64,000 nucleotides of DNA from Lachnospiraceae bacterium (GCA_017482485.1 JAFUMV010000081.1:4981-68980), one strand, 5' to 3'. Positions 37,868 through 47,809 are shown, numbered from the stretch's first letter. Numbers and translations are program-made. Notes: generated by a model from the letters alone, not told the origin.

Positions 37868-40144
37868 ATGAAGCGATATCAGGATATCACACTGAGTGCA
37901 AAAGAGCGTGCCAAAGCGCTCCTTGCGGAAATGACTCTGAATGAGAAAGTGGGACAGTTAAATCAGCGTCTCTACGGATTTGCAATTTATGAAAGAAAAC
38001 AGACTCCCGATGGTGAAGTTGTGGAGTTATCCGATGACTTCAAGGAGGAAGTGGAAAAGTACAGCGGTCTGGGCTGTCTGTACGGACTGTACCGGGCAGA
38101 TCCCTGGGCAGCCAAGGATTACAGCACCGGTCTGACCGGTGTGACAGCGAAGAAGGTTTACAACCAGGTACAGCGTTATGTCATCGAGCATTCCAGGCTG
38201 GGAATCCCGATGATGATGAGTTCCGAATGTCCTCACGGGCATCAGGCGCTGGACGGCTATCTGCTGCCGGTGAATCTGTGTATCGGGGCGACCTTTGATC
38301 CGGAACTGTTAAAGGAAGCTTACAAAGTCTGCGGAAAGCAGCTGCAGGAGATGGGCGTGGATTTGGCGCTGGTTTCCATGCTGGATGTGCTGCGGGATCC
38401 CCGTTGGGGCCGCAGTGAGGAGTGCTTCTCGGAAGATCCGCTGCTTTGCGCGAAAATGGCAGAAGCTGCGGTGGAAGCGATTCAGCAGACCGGTCCCTAT
38501 GTGGTGGCGAAGCATTTTGCGGCCCAGGGCGAAGGTACCGGCGGCGTCAATGCCAGCGCGGCCAGAATCGGGGAAAGAGAGTTAAGAGAGATTCACCTGC
38601 CCCCCATGGCGGCCTGTGCCAAGGCGGGCGCAAAGGGCGTCATGGCAGCTTATAATGAGATTGACGGCATATACTGCCATGCCAACAGATGGCTTCTGAC
38701 CGATGTGCTGCGGGGAGAAATGGGCTTTGACGGCATTGTCATGTCTGACGGCGTTGCATTAAATCAGCTGGATTTCATGACCGGTGACAATGTGAAATCC
38801 GGCGCTGCAGGGCTGACCGCAGGCGTGGACATGGGGCTTTGGGACACCGCATTCGGTCATCTGGAAGAAGCGGTAGCCCGCGGCTATGTGACGGAAGAAC
38901 AGGTGGACGCAGCGGCGCTTCGCATTCTGACCATGAAATTTGAAAGAGGTCTGTTTGACCATCCTTATCTGCCGGAAGAAGAGGGAGAGTCCTTTGACGG
39001 AAAGACTTACCCCCAGTCGCTGCAGATCGCCAGAGAGAGTGCCGTGCTGCTTCATAATAACAGTGGGGTATTGCCTTTTGACAAAAAAGAAAAGAAAAAG
39101 ATTCTGGTGACCGGTCCCAACGCGGATGCGCTGTATCACCAGTTGGGCGACTATACACCGCCCATGAGAGAGGGCGAGGGCAGCACTGTTCTTGCCGGAA
39201 TGAAGCAGGTGTTCGGCGCTGAAAATATATCTTTTGCGCAGGGCGCGCTGCTGCGTGAAGAAAATGAAGCTCTGTTAAATCAGGCCAAAACCCAGATGGA
39301 AAACTGCGATGCGGTTGTCTGCGTGCTTGGCACGTCTTCCAGCCGGTTTTCCGGTGCTGTTTTTGATTCAAACGGTGCGGCGATCACCGGTGCGGCAGCC
39401 ATGGACTGCGGCGAAGGCATGGACTGCGCTGTGCTGGAACTGCCCAGGTCTCAGCTGCTTTTACTGGAAGCGGCGAAGGCATCCGGCAAGCCTGTTGTGA
39501 CGGTTGTGATCGCAGGAAGACCACCGGTGCTCACCGATGTCTGTGCGTTGTCCGATGGAGTGCTTTTGGCTTTTTATCCCGGCCCCTACGGCGGTCAGGC
39601 CATTGCGGAAATTCTGGCGGGCGATGTGAATCCTTCCGGAAGATTGCCGGTATCATTGCCCAGAACCACAGGACAGGTGCCGGTTTACTATAATTTCAAA
39701 TCATCCTATAGGGCGATGCACTATATGGATCAGGAGGAAGGTCCGCTCTACAGCTTCGGACATGGGCTTGATTATTCCGAATACGAATGGAGTGAGATCG
39801 GCTTAAGCCACGAAAAGATCACGATGGAACAGCTGGAATATAACGGCGTTTATCTGAAAGCCCTTGTAAAAAATACAGGAAAATTTGACGGAACGGTGGT
39901 GCCGCAGCTGTATGTGACCGATGTGTCAGCGGATGTGGTGCGCAGAACAAAAGAATTAAAGGACTTTGCGCGCGTGGAAGTGGAGGCCGGTGAAGAGGCA
40001 GCTGTCCTTTTGTACCTGACAAAGAAAGATTTATCTTACTGGAAACAGAATATGACATTTGATACGGATCCGGGCATTTTCATCATCGAGCTTGCAGATC
40101 AGGGCAAATGCATCTGGAAAGGAGAACTTGAATTATGTATTTAA
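37868..40144 (+). CDS. GH3 beta-glucosidase/beta-xylosidase family protein
   Basis: SRLGIP, RDPRWGRSEE, KHFAA, MAAYN and GIVMSDG (nucleophile) motifs; C-terminal Fn3-like QLYVTD..ELKDF. Confidence 0.93.
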   Translation: MKRYQDITLSAKERAKALLAEMTLNEKVGQLNQRLYGFAIYERKQTPDGEVVELSDDFKEEVEKYSGLGCLYGLYRADPWAAKDYSTGLTGVTAKKVYNQVQRYVIEHSRLGIPMMMSSECPHGHQALDGYLLPVNLCIGATFDPELLKEAYKVCGKQLQEMGVDLALVSMLDVLRDPRWGRSEECFSEDPLLCAKMAEAAVEAIQQTGPYVVAKHFAAQGEGTGGVNASAARIGERELREIHLPPMAACAKAGAKGVMAAYNEIDGIYCHANRWLLTDVLRGEMGFDGIVMSDGVALNQLDFMTGDNVKSGAAGLTAGVDMGLWDTAFGHLEEAVARGYVTEEQVDAAALRILTMKFERGLFDHPYLPEEEGESFDGKTYPQSLQIARESAVLLHNNSGVLPFDKKEKKKILVTGPNADALYHQLGDYTPPMREGEGSTVLAGMKQVFGAENISFAQGALLREENEALLNQAKTQMENCDAVVCVLGTSSSRFSGAVFDSNGAAITGAAAMDCGEGMDCAVLELPRSQLLLLEAAKASGKPVVTVVIAGRPPVLTDVCALSDGVLLAFYPGPYGGQAIAEILAGDVNPSGRLPVSLPRTTGQVPVYYNFKSSYRAMHYMDQEEGPLYSFGHGLDYSEYEWSEIGLSHEKITMEQLEYNGVYLKALVKNTGKFDGTVVPQLYVTDVSADVVRRTKELKDFARVEVEAGEEAAVLLYLTKKDLSYWKQNMTFDTDPGIFIIELADQGKCIWKGELELCI

Positions 40145-41997
40145 TTCCCGCACCCGCGAAATTGGAAGAGCTTTCGGGAAGCTTTGTATTTTCTTATGAA
40201 ACCTATATGACAGTGGAGGAAAATTGTTCCTTCCGCGTATCCAAACAGGCCGGATTTTTTAACGACTCCGTCAGAAAGATTCTGGGATACGGCGCGATTT
40301 TAGTCAGAGGCTGCGCCGGAAAAAATGACCTGGTGGTCCGGCAGGACAACACCATGGCAAAGGAAAGCTATGAACTTACCATCAGCGAAGACGGCATTCT
40401 TTTAAAAGGAGAAGAGAGCGGTCTGTGGCACGGCCTGCAGACCCTGCTTCAGATCATGGAACAGGAAGGCGCAGTGCTTCCCGCACTTCATATTGAAGAT
40501 GCGCCTGAAATGCCTAACCGCGGTTACTATTTTGACTGCACCAGAGGCCGCATTCCCAAGCTGGAGTGGTTAAAGGCTCTGGCTGACAGAATGGCTTATT
40601 ATAAGATGAACGAGCTGCAGCTCTACATCGAACACACCTATTTATTCCGCGGCATGACAGAGCTGTGGAGAGATGATACTCCGCTGACTGCGGAAGAAAT
40701 CATGGAACTGGATCATTATTGTGTGGACAGAGGCATTGATCTGGTGCCCTCTCTGTCCAGCTTCGGACATTTACATAAGCTGCTTTCTTCCAAAGAATAT
40801 GAGCATCTGTGTGAACTGGAGGATTCCAATGCCCAGCCTTTCTCTGTTCGCGCGAGAATGCATCATCACACCATCACCCCTGCAAAGCCTGAAAGTCTGG
40901 AACTGATCAAGGGGATGATTGCAGAATATATGGCGCTGTTTTCCTCCAAAAAGTTCAACCTCTGCGCAGATGAAACCTTCGATCTGGGACAGGGCAAGAG
41001 CAAAGAAATGGTGGAAAAGCTGGGCAAAGACAAGGTTTATATCGGCTTTGTGAAGGAGCTGGCGGAGTTCATTCTTTCCAAAGGAAAAATTCCCATGTTC
41101 TGGGGCGATATCATTGTCGGTTTTCCGGAGATGATCAAAGAGCTGCCCAAAGAAATTATCTGTTTAAACTGGGGGTATGCATGGAATCAGTCTGAGGACA
41201 GCACCAGACTGATGGCCCAGGCGGGGGCGACTCAGTACTGCTGCCCGGGCTGCTGTTCCTGGAATGAATTTGTGGCTTTGAACTGGTGCTCCTACAACAA
41301 TGTGAAGCGCATGTGTACCTATGCGAAGAAATATGGCGCAATCGGTGTCTTAAATACTGACTGGGGCGACTTTTTACATATGAATCACCCGGATTTTTCC
41401 AGAACCGGCATGATTTACGGTGCTGCTTTTTCATGGAACAGCAATATTCCTGAACTGGACGATATCAACAGACAGATTTCAAGACTGGAATTCCATGATT
41501 CTTCTGAGAACTTCCTGGAAATCGTGGGCAGAATTCCGGAGAATGAATGTTACGGATGGTTCCCTGCATGTCTGTATATGGAAATGAAAAAGGGCATCAG
41601 TGAATTTATGGAATCATATGTAAGAGATTTAAACAACGAGCTGCCTAAGCTCAAAGAGGTGGATGAAAAGAACAGAAAGCTCATCGCTCTGAAAAAAGAA
41701 CTTCTGGATCAGGTTAAATATCTGGACAGCGATAAGCGCGATCTGGTTTGGCCTTATGTGGCTGCTGCAGAAGGCATCCGGATTTTCAATGAGATCGGCA
41801 AGGTGGCGGCAGCCGCTGATTTCGGTTATGAGTTTGATACCATGCCGGATACCTGGCAGCTGGCGAAAGAACTGGAAATCTGGCTGTATCATTATAAGGA
41901 AATGTACCGCAGTGTGAGCAAGCAGGGTGAGCTTCACAGAATCGAAAAAATGGTCTGCTGGTATGGGGACTATCTGCGTGACTGCACAAAAAATTGA
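40135..41997 (+). CDS. GH20 beta-N-acetylhexosaminidase
   Basis: RGYYFDCTRGRIP, KMNELQLYIEH and FNLCADET (catalytic D-E) motifs; TDWGD. Confidence 0.9.
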   Translation: MYLIPAPAKLEELSGSFVFSYETYMTVEENCSFRVSKQAGFFNDSVRKILGYGAILVRGCAGKNDLVVRQDNTMAKESYELTISEDGILLKGEESGLWHGLQTLLQIMEQEGAVLPALHIEDAPEMPNRGYYFDCTRGRIPKLEWLKALADRMAYYKMNELQLYIEHTYLFRGMTELWRDDTPLTAEEIMELDHYCVDRGIDLVPSLSSFGHLHKLLSSKEYEHLCELEDSNAQPFSVRARMHHHTITPAKPESLELIKGMIAEYMALFSSKKFNLCADETFDLGQGKSKEMVEKLGKDKVYIGFVKELAEFILSKGKIPMFWGDIIVGFPEMIKELPKEIICLNWGYAWNQSEDSTRLMAQAGATQYCCPGCCSWNEFVALNWCSYNNVKRMCTYAKKYGAIGVLNTDWGDFLHMNHPDFSRTGMIYGAAFSWNSNIPELDDINRQISRLEFHDSSENFLEIVGRIPENECYGWFPACLYMEMKKGISEFMESYVRDLNNELPKLKEVDEKNRKLIALKKELLDQVKYLDSDKRDLVWPYVAAAEGIRIFNEIGKVAAAADFGYEFDTMPDTWQLAKELEIWLYHYKEMYRSVSKQGELHRIEKMVCWYGDYLRDCTKN

Positions 41998-42000
41998 GGC

Positions 42001-42122
42001 GAAACATGCTTTTGGGGTTTCGCACTGTGATTGGGGGATTATCCCGGCAATCACTGCGTGAGTGCGTAAGCGCTCACTCGTCTTAGAACTCGCGTAAATA
42101 AAATGGGTACCGCTTCGGCGGC
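42001..42122. repeat. Palindrome cluster (REP-like, family B-related)
   Basis: GTGATTG...CAATCAC, GTGAGTGCG-TAAG-CGCTCAC and CCGC-TTCG-GCGG; contains CCGGCAATCA. Confidence 0.4.
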
Positions 42123-42142
42123 AGAAAGGGGATTTTTAACTT

Positions 42143-44677
42143 ATGAAAAAGCAGTTTTTGCATGAAAACTGGGAAATGCGTCAGATCGGAAAGAATGCAT
42201 TTCTGAAAGCCACAGTGCCCGGCACTGTCTACGGCGATCTTCTGACAAACGGGGAGATGGAAGATCCGTTCTGGAAGGACAATGAAAATCAGGCCTGCGA
42301 GCTGATGGAAGAGGATTACGAGTATATCGGAACCTTTGACTGTCAGGAGGGCATTCTGGACAGCGAAAGGGTAGTGCTTCATTTTGACGGTCTGGACACT
42401 GTTGCAGAGGTTTCCTTAAACGGAAAGCATCTGGGCGATCCTTTGAGCATGCACAGAATCTGGGAATATGACGTGAAGGAAATCCTGCAGGAAAAGAATA
42501 ATAAATTGCAGGTGATTTTCCGCTCACCCAACAAGTGGATCCGTGAGGCTTTCAAAAAATACGGCAACATCGGCAACGAGGATACCTTTGAAGGCTTTAT
42601 GCATTTAAGAAAAGCTCACTATATGTTCGGCTGGGACTGGGGCGCACATCTGCCTGATGCGGGAATTTTCCGCCCGGTATCTCTGCTTGGCATCGATCAG
42701 GGAAGACTGGATTCTGTTTACATTCAGCAGGAGCATGAGTATACCGGTGAAACGGAAGAAAATTCCCTTCGTCCCATCGTGAAGGCTGTGAATCTTAGCT
42801 TTAATGTAAAGGAAGAAATCTGCGGCGTTGAAGACTGTGAGCCCATGATTGTGGATGTGACCGGCGGCAAAACCTGTAAAAGATGCGGCCGCACCATGAG
42901 CTACACTGTGGAGATTACAGCGCCCGACGGCACCGTGACCAAATATGAAGATTCTCCTGCACAGATCCGCGTGGAAAACCCCATGCTCTGGTGGCCCAAC
43001 GGCTACGGCGATCAGAATCTGTACGGCGTAAAAGTAGTTTTGTATTCCGACGGTGCTGCCATTGACAGCTGGGAAAAGAGAATCGGTCTGCGTACCATGA
43101 CCATGAGCCATGAGCCCGACCAGTGGGACGGCAAGCAGTTTTGTCATGTGGTGAACGGCCTGAAAGTGTTCGCAATGGGCGCTGACTACATTCCGGAAGA
43201 CAACCTGCTTGGCAGAGTGACTCCCGAAACCACCAGAAAGCTTCTGGAAAAGGCGAAATTCGCAAACTTTAACTCCATCCGCGTATGGGGCGGCGGTTAC
43301 TATCCTTCCGACTGGTTTTATGATATCTGTGATGAGCTGGGTCTGGTTGTATGGCAGGACTTCATGTTCGCATGCTCTGTATATGAACTGACACCTGAAT
43401 TTGAGGCGAATATCACACAGGAATTTATTGAAAATGTAAAACGGATCCGTCATCATGCATCCTTAGGTTTGTGGTGCGGCAATAACGAAATGGAAATGTT
43501 CGTGAATTCCAGAACCTGGGTTACCAAACATACAGAAGTTCGTGACTACATCCTGATGTATGAGCGTATCATTCCTTCCGTGTTAAAAGAGTATGATCCC
43601 CAGACCTTCTACTGGCCTGCAAGCCCCTCTTCAGGCGGCAGCTTTGACTTCCCCAACGATCCCGATCGCGGCGATCAGCATTACTGGGAAGTATGGCACG
43701 GCAACAAGCCTTTTGCAGAATACAGAAAATATTATTTCCGTTACCTGTCAGAGTTCGGATTCCAGGCATTTCCTGCGGTAAAGACCATTGAAACCTTTAC
43801 CGATGATCCGGCAGACATGAATCCGTTCTCCTATATAATGGAAAAACATGAAAGACAGTACGGTGCCTGCGGCAAACTTATGGGATACATGCAGCAGACC
43901 TACAAATATCCCAACAGCTTCCCGGTTTTCGTATACGCGTCCCAGCTTCTGCAGGCTGACGGCATCCGCTACGGCGTGGAACATTTCCGCCGCAACAGAG
44001 GACGCTGCATGGGGTCCGTTTACTGGCAGTTCAATGACTGCTGGCCGGTTATCTCCTGGGCATCCGTGGACTACGCGGGCAGAATGAAAGCCCTGCATTA
44101 CTATGCAAGACGTTTCTTTGCACCCCTGCTTTTGTCCTGTGAAGAACATGGCATGATGGATGTGGAAGCAAACATGAACCGTGAACACTTTGTCTTTGAA
44201 AAGTCCATTCAGTTAAACGTAAACAACGAAACCATGTCCGATGAGACTGTAACCGTTCGCTGGGCGCTGCGCAATCCGAAAGCTGAAATTTTGGAAAGCG
44301 GTGAAGAAGTGGTGAATGTTCCCGCGCTGACAGCTGTATGGCTGGAAAAGAAGGATTTTGCACATGCGGACCTGTTCTCCAACTACATCAGCTACGAGAT
44401 GGAAAAAGACGGCAAAATTATTTCCGGCGGCACCGTGAACTTCTCCTATCCGAAGTACTTTAAGTATGAGGATCCCGAGCTTACATACCGTCTGGAAGGT
44501 GACGAGATTGTTGTAACCGCCCAGGCATATGCAAAGAGCGTTGAAATTCAGAACGAGAACGAAGATCTGGTTCTGGAAGACAACTACTTTGATATGAACG
44601 GCGGCGAAAGACGCGTGAAGATTCTTTCCGGCTGCACGGATAACCTGCGGCTGAGAAGCGTTTACGATATCCGGTAA
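42143..44677 (+). CDS. GH2 beta-mannosidase
   Basis: RKAHYMFGWDWG, WWPNGYG, RVWGGGYY, WQDFMFAC, WCGNNE, SEFGFQ and YWQFNDCWP motifs. Confidence 0.95.
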   Translation: MKKQFLHENWEMRQIGKNAFLKATVPGTVYGDLLTNGEMEDPFWKDNENQACELMEEDYEYIGTFDCQEGILDSERVVLHFDGLDTVAEVSLNGKHLGDPLSMHRIWEYDVKEILQEKNNKLQVIFRSPNKWIREAFKKYGNIGNEDTFEGFMHLRKAHYMFGWDWGAHLPDAGIFRPVSLLGIDQGRLDSVYIQQEHEYTGETEENSLRPIVKAVNLSFNVKEEICGVEDCEPMIVDVTGGKTCKRCGRTMSYTVEITAPDGTVTKYEDSPAQIRVENPMLWWPNGYGDQNLYGVKVVLYSDGAAIDSWEKRIGLRTMTMSHEPDQWDGKQFCHVVNGLKVFAMGADYIPEDNLLGRVTPETTRKLLEKAKFANFNSIRVWGGGYYPSDWFYDICDELGLVVWQDFMFACSVYELTPEFEANITQEFIENVKRIRHHASLGLWCGNNEMEMFVNSRTWVTKHTEVRDYILMYERIIPSVLKEYDPQTFYWPASPSSGGSFDFPNDPDRGDQHYWEVWHGNKPFAEYRKYYFRYLSEFGFQAFPAVKTIETFTDDPADMNPFSYIMEKHERQYGACGKLMGYMQQTYKYPNSFPVFVYASQLLQADGIRYGVEHFRRNRGRCMGSVYWQFNDCWPVISWASVDYAGRMKALHYYARRFFAPLLLSCEEHGMMDVEANMNREHFVFEKSIQLNVNNETMSDETVTVRWALRNPKAEILESGEEVVNVPALTAVWLEKKDFAHADLFSNYISYEMEKDGKIISGGTVNFSYPKYFKYEDPELTYRLEGDEIVVTAQAYAKSVEIQNENEDLVLEDNYFDMNGGERRVKILSGCTDNLRLRSVYDIR

Positions 44678-44732
44678 TGTCTGGCGGCTGTGACCTGCCG
44701 ACGGGGCATATGGCAAAAACCTTGTGAAAAAC

Positions 44733-44859
44733 ACCCCATTTTCACTTGAAAGCAGATGCTTTTCAGGCGGAAATGGGTATATGGCTGAAAAAGTTCCTAT
44801 GGTGCCCTGAAAAACATTTATATGTGGGGTAATACAGGAACTTTTTCTGCTATATACCC
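44733..44859. repeat. Two overlapping long inverted repeats
   Basis: CCCATTT..TGAAAGC/GCTTTTCA..AAATGGG, and a 24-bp arm pair GGGTATATGGCTGAAAAAGTTCCT / AGGAACTTTTTCTGCTATATACCC. Confidence 0.55.
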
Positions 44860-44920
44860 CGAAACAGCCGTTATAGGCCTGAGATTTTTAGAAAAAAGGG
44901 TATCAGAAGCAATTTTTTTT

Positions 44921-45106
44921 CTATATGCCCTGTACCGGCTTATGCATGTGGTCACAGAGAAGGGCTGGAGCATTCCGGCGGGATTCATTCATATTCCCTT
45001 TGATGAACAGCAGGCTTCTTCGGGAAATGCGGCAAGGCCCTTTATGCCGCTTTCTATGATGGCAAAAGGAATAGAAATTTGCCTGAGGGTAATTTTAGAA
45101 AAATAG
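44921..45106 (+). pseudogene. pcp: C-terminal remnant of pyroglutamyl-peptidase I
   Basis: LYRLMH...AGFIHIPF..QQA...PFMPL...KGIE matches the C-terminal third of Pcp. The catalytic Glu/Cys region is absent. Confidence 0.7.
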
Positions 45107-45113
45107 AGCGTAT

Positions 45114-45158
45114 AAAAGGACAGAAACATGTACCGTTATCAGGGGTTTCTGTCCTTTT
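45114..45158. terminator. Bidirectional terminator
   Basis: AAAAGGACAGAAAC/GTTTCTGTCCTTTT. Confidence 0.7.
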
Positions 45159-45166
45159 TCTTTAGA

Positions 45167-47809
45167 CTAATGTATAATCAGATTATCCGCCATGGTAAAA
45201 ATCCCGGGGCTTCCCTTATAGCAGCACCACTGGGGCATGAATGCATAGCGGCGCGCCACAAAGCGCACACACTTTGCGCGGATATTGGGATAAAATCCGA
45301 AGTCCTGTTTGGCGATTTCCGCTTCAGCCGGACCTTCGGGCAGACGCAGTGTATCAAAAAGCGTCAGATGATCAAAATCATCGCCCAGGTAAAGCTCCAG
45401 CGCTTCCGGATAGATGATGCCGGCCCGGTGGCTGGTTAAAAAGCCGACCAGGACCGTGGAAATCAGTCTTTCTTCGGGCAGGATGCAGGTAAAATCCAGA
45501 TTTTCAAGCGTAGCCACCCAGCGGCCGTCCTGCCAGTCCAGCGTACCCCGATTTTCTTTTAAAAGTCCCGTGATGCCCCGTCCGTCGAAAAATGGACGTT
45601 TGTCAAATTCGGTGCCGCTTTTTAAAATAACATCCTTCCAGCCAAAATGATAATCGGCAAAAGCGGTTTCACTGGTCCGCCCATCCGGAAGGAAAGAAAC
45701 GGCATACAGTCGGGTATCTTTAAAAAGAGTAAGCGGCTCTTCATAAAGCGCTGCTTCTGTCGGCAGGACGTCTGCAGTGTCTGCATAGCGCAAAACGGCA
45801 TCCTTTTCCGGAACGGAAAGCTGAATTTTTGCCGGACCTGCGGCCAGATCAAACACCCGGTCCGACGGAGCGAAGGTGACTTCAAAGGGCGGCGTCTGGC
45901 CGGCAGGCGTGGGATGTTTGACCCAGTTGGGCTGCCAATTGTCAAGGAAGGCAGGATTTTCCAGATACGCCGGAGTAAAAAGTGTTTCTCTGTCTGTCAA
46001 AGAAGCGCCGCATGCGGATTTCTCCGTAAAGGAAGCGGCAGCCGGGGATAAAGCTTCCTGTGTCAGATACAGGCAGATTTTATTGCCGCAGGACTGAATT
46101 TCCAGTCCGCTTTTTTCTGCACGGACAATCTTTCCGGTTTCCACTCTGAATCCATAGGAGAAGGCTTCATGGGTCAAAATGATCCGGTTTTCCTTCTGAC
46201 AGTCGAAAACAGGCAGGCAGTCAAAATGCAGAGTAAAGCAGCCTTCTGTAAAGTTGTATTTGGGAAGGCCGCAGCCCCTTTCAGCCGGCATATTTTGCGT
46301 CTGCATATTGGGGGACCGCATATTTTTGCCTTCCATATTGGGGGCCTCCATGCAGTCAGTCTTTGCCGATAAAACGGCAGTGCGCTCCAGCAAAATCCGA
46401 TCTTCGCCCATGGTAAAACGGTAGAGCCAGCTGTCTGTCCGGATTTCGGCGCATGACGTAAATTCATCCGGGGCATAGAAGCGGCAGTCTCCCTGGACTT
46501 CACGTATCTGAGAAGAATTTTCCATCAGTCTGACCAGGGGGCGATTTTGGGCATTTCCCCATTCCTGGGCAAAAAGCAGGGGCAGCGCATCAAAAGTGCT
46601 CTTTTTCGTGGTCATGGGCTGCTTTAAGTAACGGCCGGGATATTTTTCATCAAATAAAAACCAGTCGCGGATGCGCAGATGCCCCTTTTCTGCCAGAAAA
46701 GAGATGCGGTAAAAGCGGCTTGCATACCAAAGGGCATCCAGCCTGCAGTCAGCAGCCGGGGTGACAGAAAGCGGTTTTTCATTTTCGGCGTCTTTTGAGT
46801 CCTGTACAGCTGCATCCGTGCGCAGTTCGGGCAGAAGGGGAGCGGATGCCTGCCAGGAAAGGGGCGGTGTTACCGCATATTTTTGGGAAAACCAGTCTGC
46901 GGATTCGGCCATGGTTTCCAGACGAACCTGGCCTTCCTCACATAATTTTTTCAGATGCCTGATCTGGGGCTCGAAGCCGGGTTTGATATTTTCCCAGAGA
47001 AAATTGTTTTCCTGGCCGACCTGTGCATAGGTGATGCCGGCGCAGTTTTCATCGGTCAGAGTGGAAAAATACCAGGAAATCCGTTCCGGGATTCTGCCGT
47101 TTGGACAGCAGGGTTCCAGCGTATACACGCCGGCAAGGCCGTCTCTTACATCCTGTTCAAAGGAATAAACCGGATCCGGAGCAAGCAGGCGGAACGTGGC
47201 CACGCCCAGCGTTTCGGACATGGTCTGAGAAGGCAGATACATATTTTGACGGCTGGGGAAGTACACACCGTTTGGCCAGCCGCCCCAGAGGGTAAAGCCA
47301 TCGGTGCCGATCTGATCCCGGCAGATGGCGGCACCGATCACACCATAGCGGTCGTGGGCGTGAGAAAGCGTCACTTCGTCCAGAATCCAGGAGCCGATGG
47401 TTTTGGGATAATAGCCGAAAACCGAATGAAAATCTTTCATGTAAGCATCCACGAGACGGCGCCGTTCATCGGGCGCATAACCCGCAGAGTAGGCAGAATC
47501 CACCCGTTCGTCGAAAACCTCACTGGTTTTTCCGCGGAAAGTTACGCCGGCCCTCTGGCAGAGCGGCTCGGAAATTTCCCACCAGGCGGCGATCTCATCA
47601 TTTTCATCGGTAGAGGAAAGGAGGAGCTTCTGATAGTGGGGATCCATCAGCGCATCATATTTCAGCGCATAGGTAGAGGGCAGTCCGTATTGCTTCAGGA
47701 TACGGATCTGGCGGGCGATGGTGTCAAAGTCCGCCTGAATGAACTGACTGGGCTCCTGATGGGACATGCGGATAAAATTATAAATGTTTACAAGTGCTAT
47801 TTTTTTCAT
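45167..47809 (-). CDS. Hypothetical 880-aa protein: putative deacetylase/GH-like barrel plus C-terminal chitobiase-type Fn3 and CBM-like domains
   Basis: N-terminal ...YDAL...FGYYPKTIGSW...DQIGTDGFTLWGG. C-terminal LRY..D...P.....LYEEPLTL..DTRLYAVSF, then GTLDWQDGRW..FLTSHRAGIIYP. Domain calls are by resemblance. Confidence 0.75.
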   Translation of the reverse strand: MKKIALVNIYNFIRMSHQEPSQFIQADFDTIARQIRILKQYGLPSTYALKYDALMDPHYQKLLLSSTDENDEIAAWWEISEPLCQRAGVTFRGKTSEVFDERVDSAYSAGYAPDERRRLVDAYMKDFHSVFGYYPKTIGSWILDEVTLSHAHDRYGVIGAAICRDQIGTDGFTLWGGWPNGVYFPSRQNMYLPSQTMSETLGVATFRLLAPDPVYSFEQDVRDGLAGVYTLEPCCPNGRIPERISWYFSTLTDENCAGITYAQVGQENNFLWENIKPGFEPQIRHLKKLCEEGQVRLETMAESADWFSQKYAVTPPLSWQASAPLLPELRTDAAVQDSKDAENEKPLSVTPAADCRLDALWYASRFYRISFLAEKGHLRIRDWFLFDEKYPGRYLKQPMTTKKSTFDALPLLFAQEWGNAQNRPLVRLMENSSQIREVQGDCRFYAPDEFTSCAEIRTDSWLYRFTMGEDRILLERTAVLSAKTDCMEAPNMEGKNMRSPNMQTQNMPAERGCGLPKYNFTEGCFTLHFDCLPVFDCQKENRIILTHEAFSYGFRVETGKIVRAEKSGLEIQSCGNKICLYLTQEALSPAAASFTEKSACGASLTDRETLFTPAYLENPAFLDNWQPNWVKHPTPAGQTPPFEVTFAPSDRVFDLAAGPAKIQLSVPEKDAVLRYADTADVLPTEAALYEEPLTLFKDTRLYAVSFLPDGRTSETAFADYHFGWKDVILKSGTEFDKRPFFDGRGITGLLKENRGTLDWQDGRWVATLENLDFTCILPEERLISTVLVGFLTSHRAGIIYPEALELYLGDDFDHLTLFDTLRLPEGPAEAEIAKQDFGFYPNIRAKCVRFVARRYAFMPQWCCYKGSPGIFTMADNLIIH
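46289..46351. repeat. In-frame 4 x 15-bp imperfect tandem repeat
   Basis: CATATTTTGCGTCTG CATATTGGGGGACCG CATATTTTTGCCTTC CATATTGGGGGCCTC CAT, encoding MEAPN-MEGKN-MRSPN-MQTQN-M on the minus strand. Confidence 0.8.

Noticed and set aside
44822-45106. Intact 94-aa protein as given in the ORF track
   Set aside because: The first ~33 codons run through an inverted repeat and lack an RBS. Only the 3' part resembles Pcp, so I treat it as a remnant.
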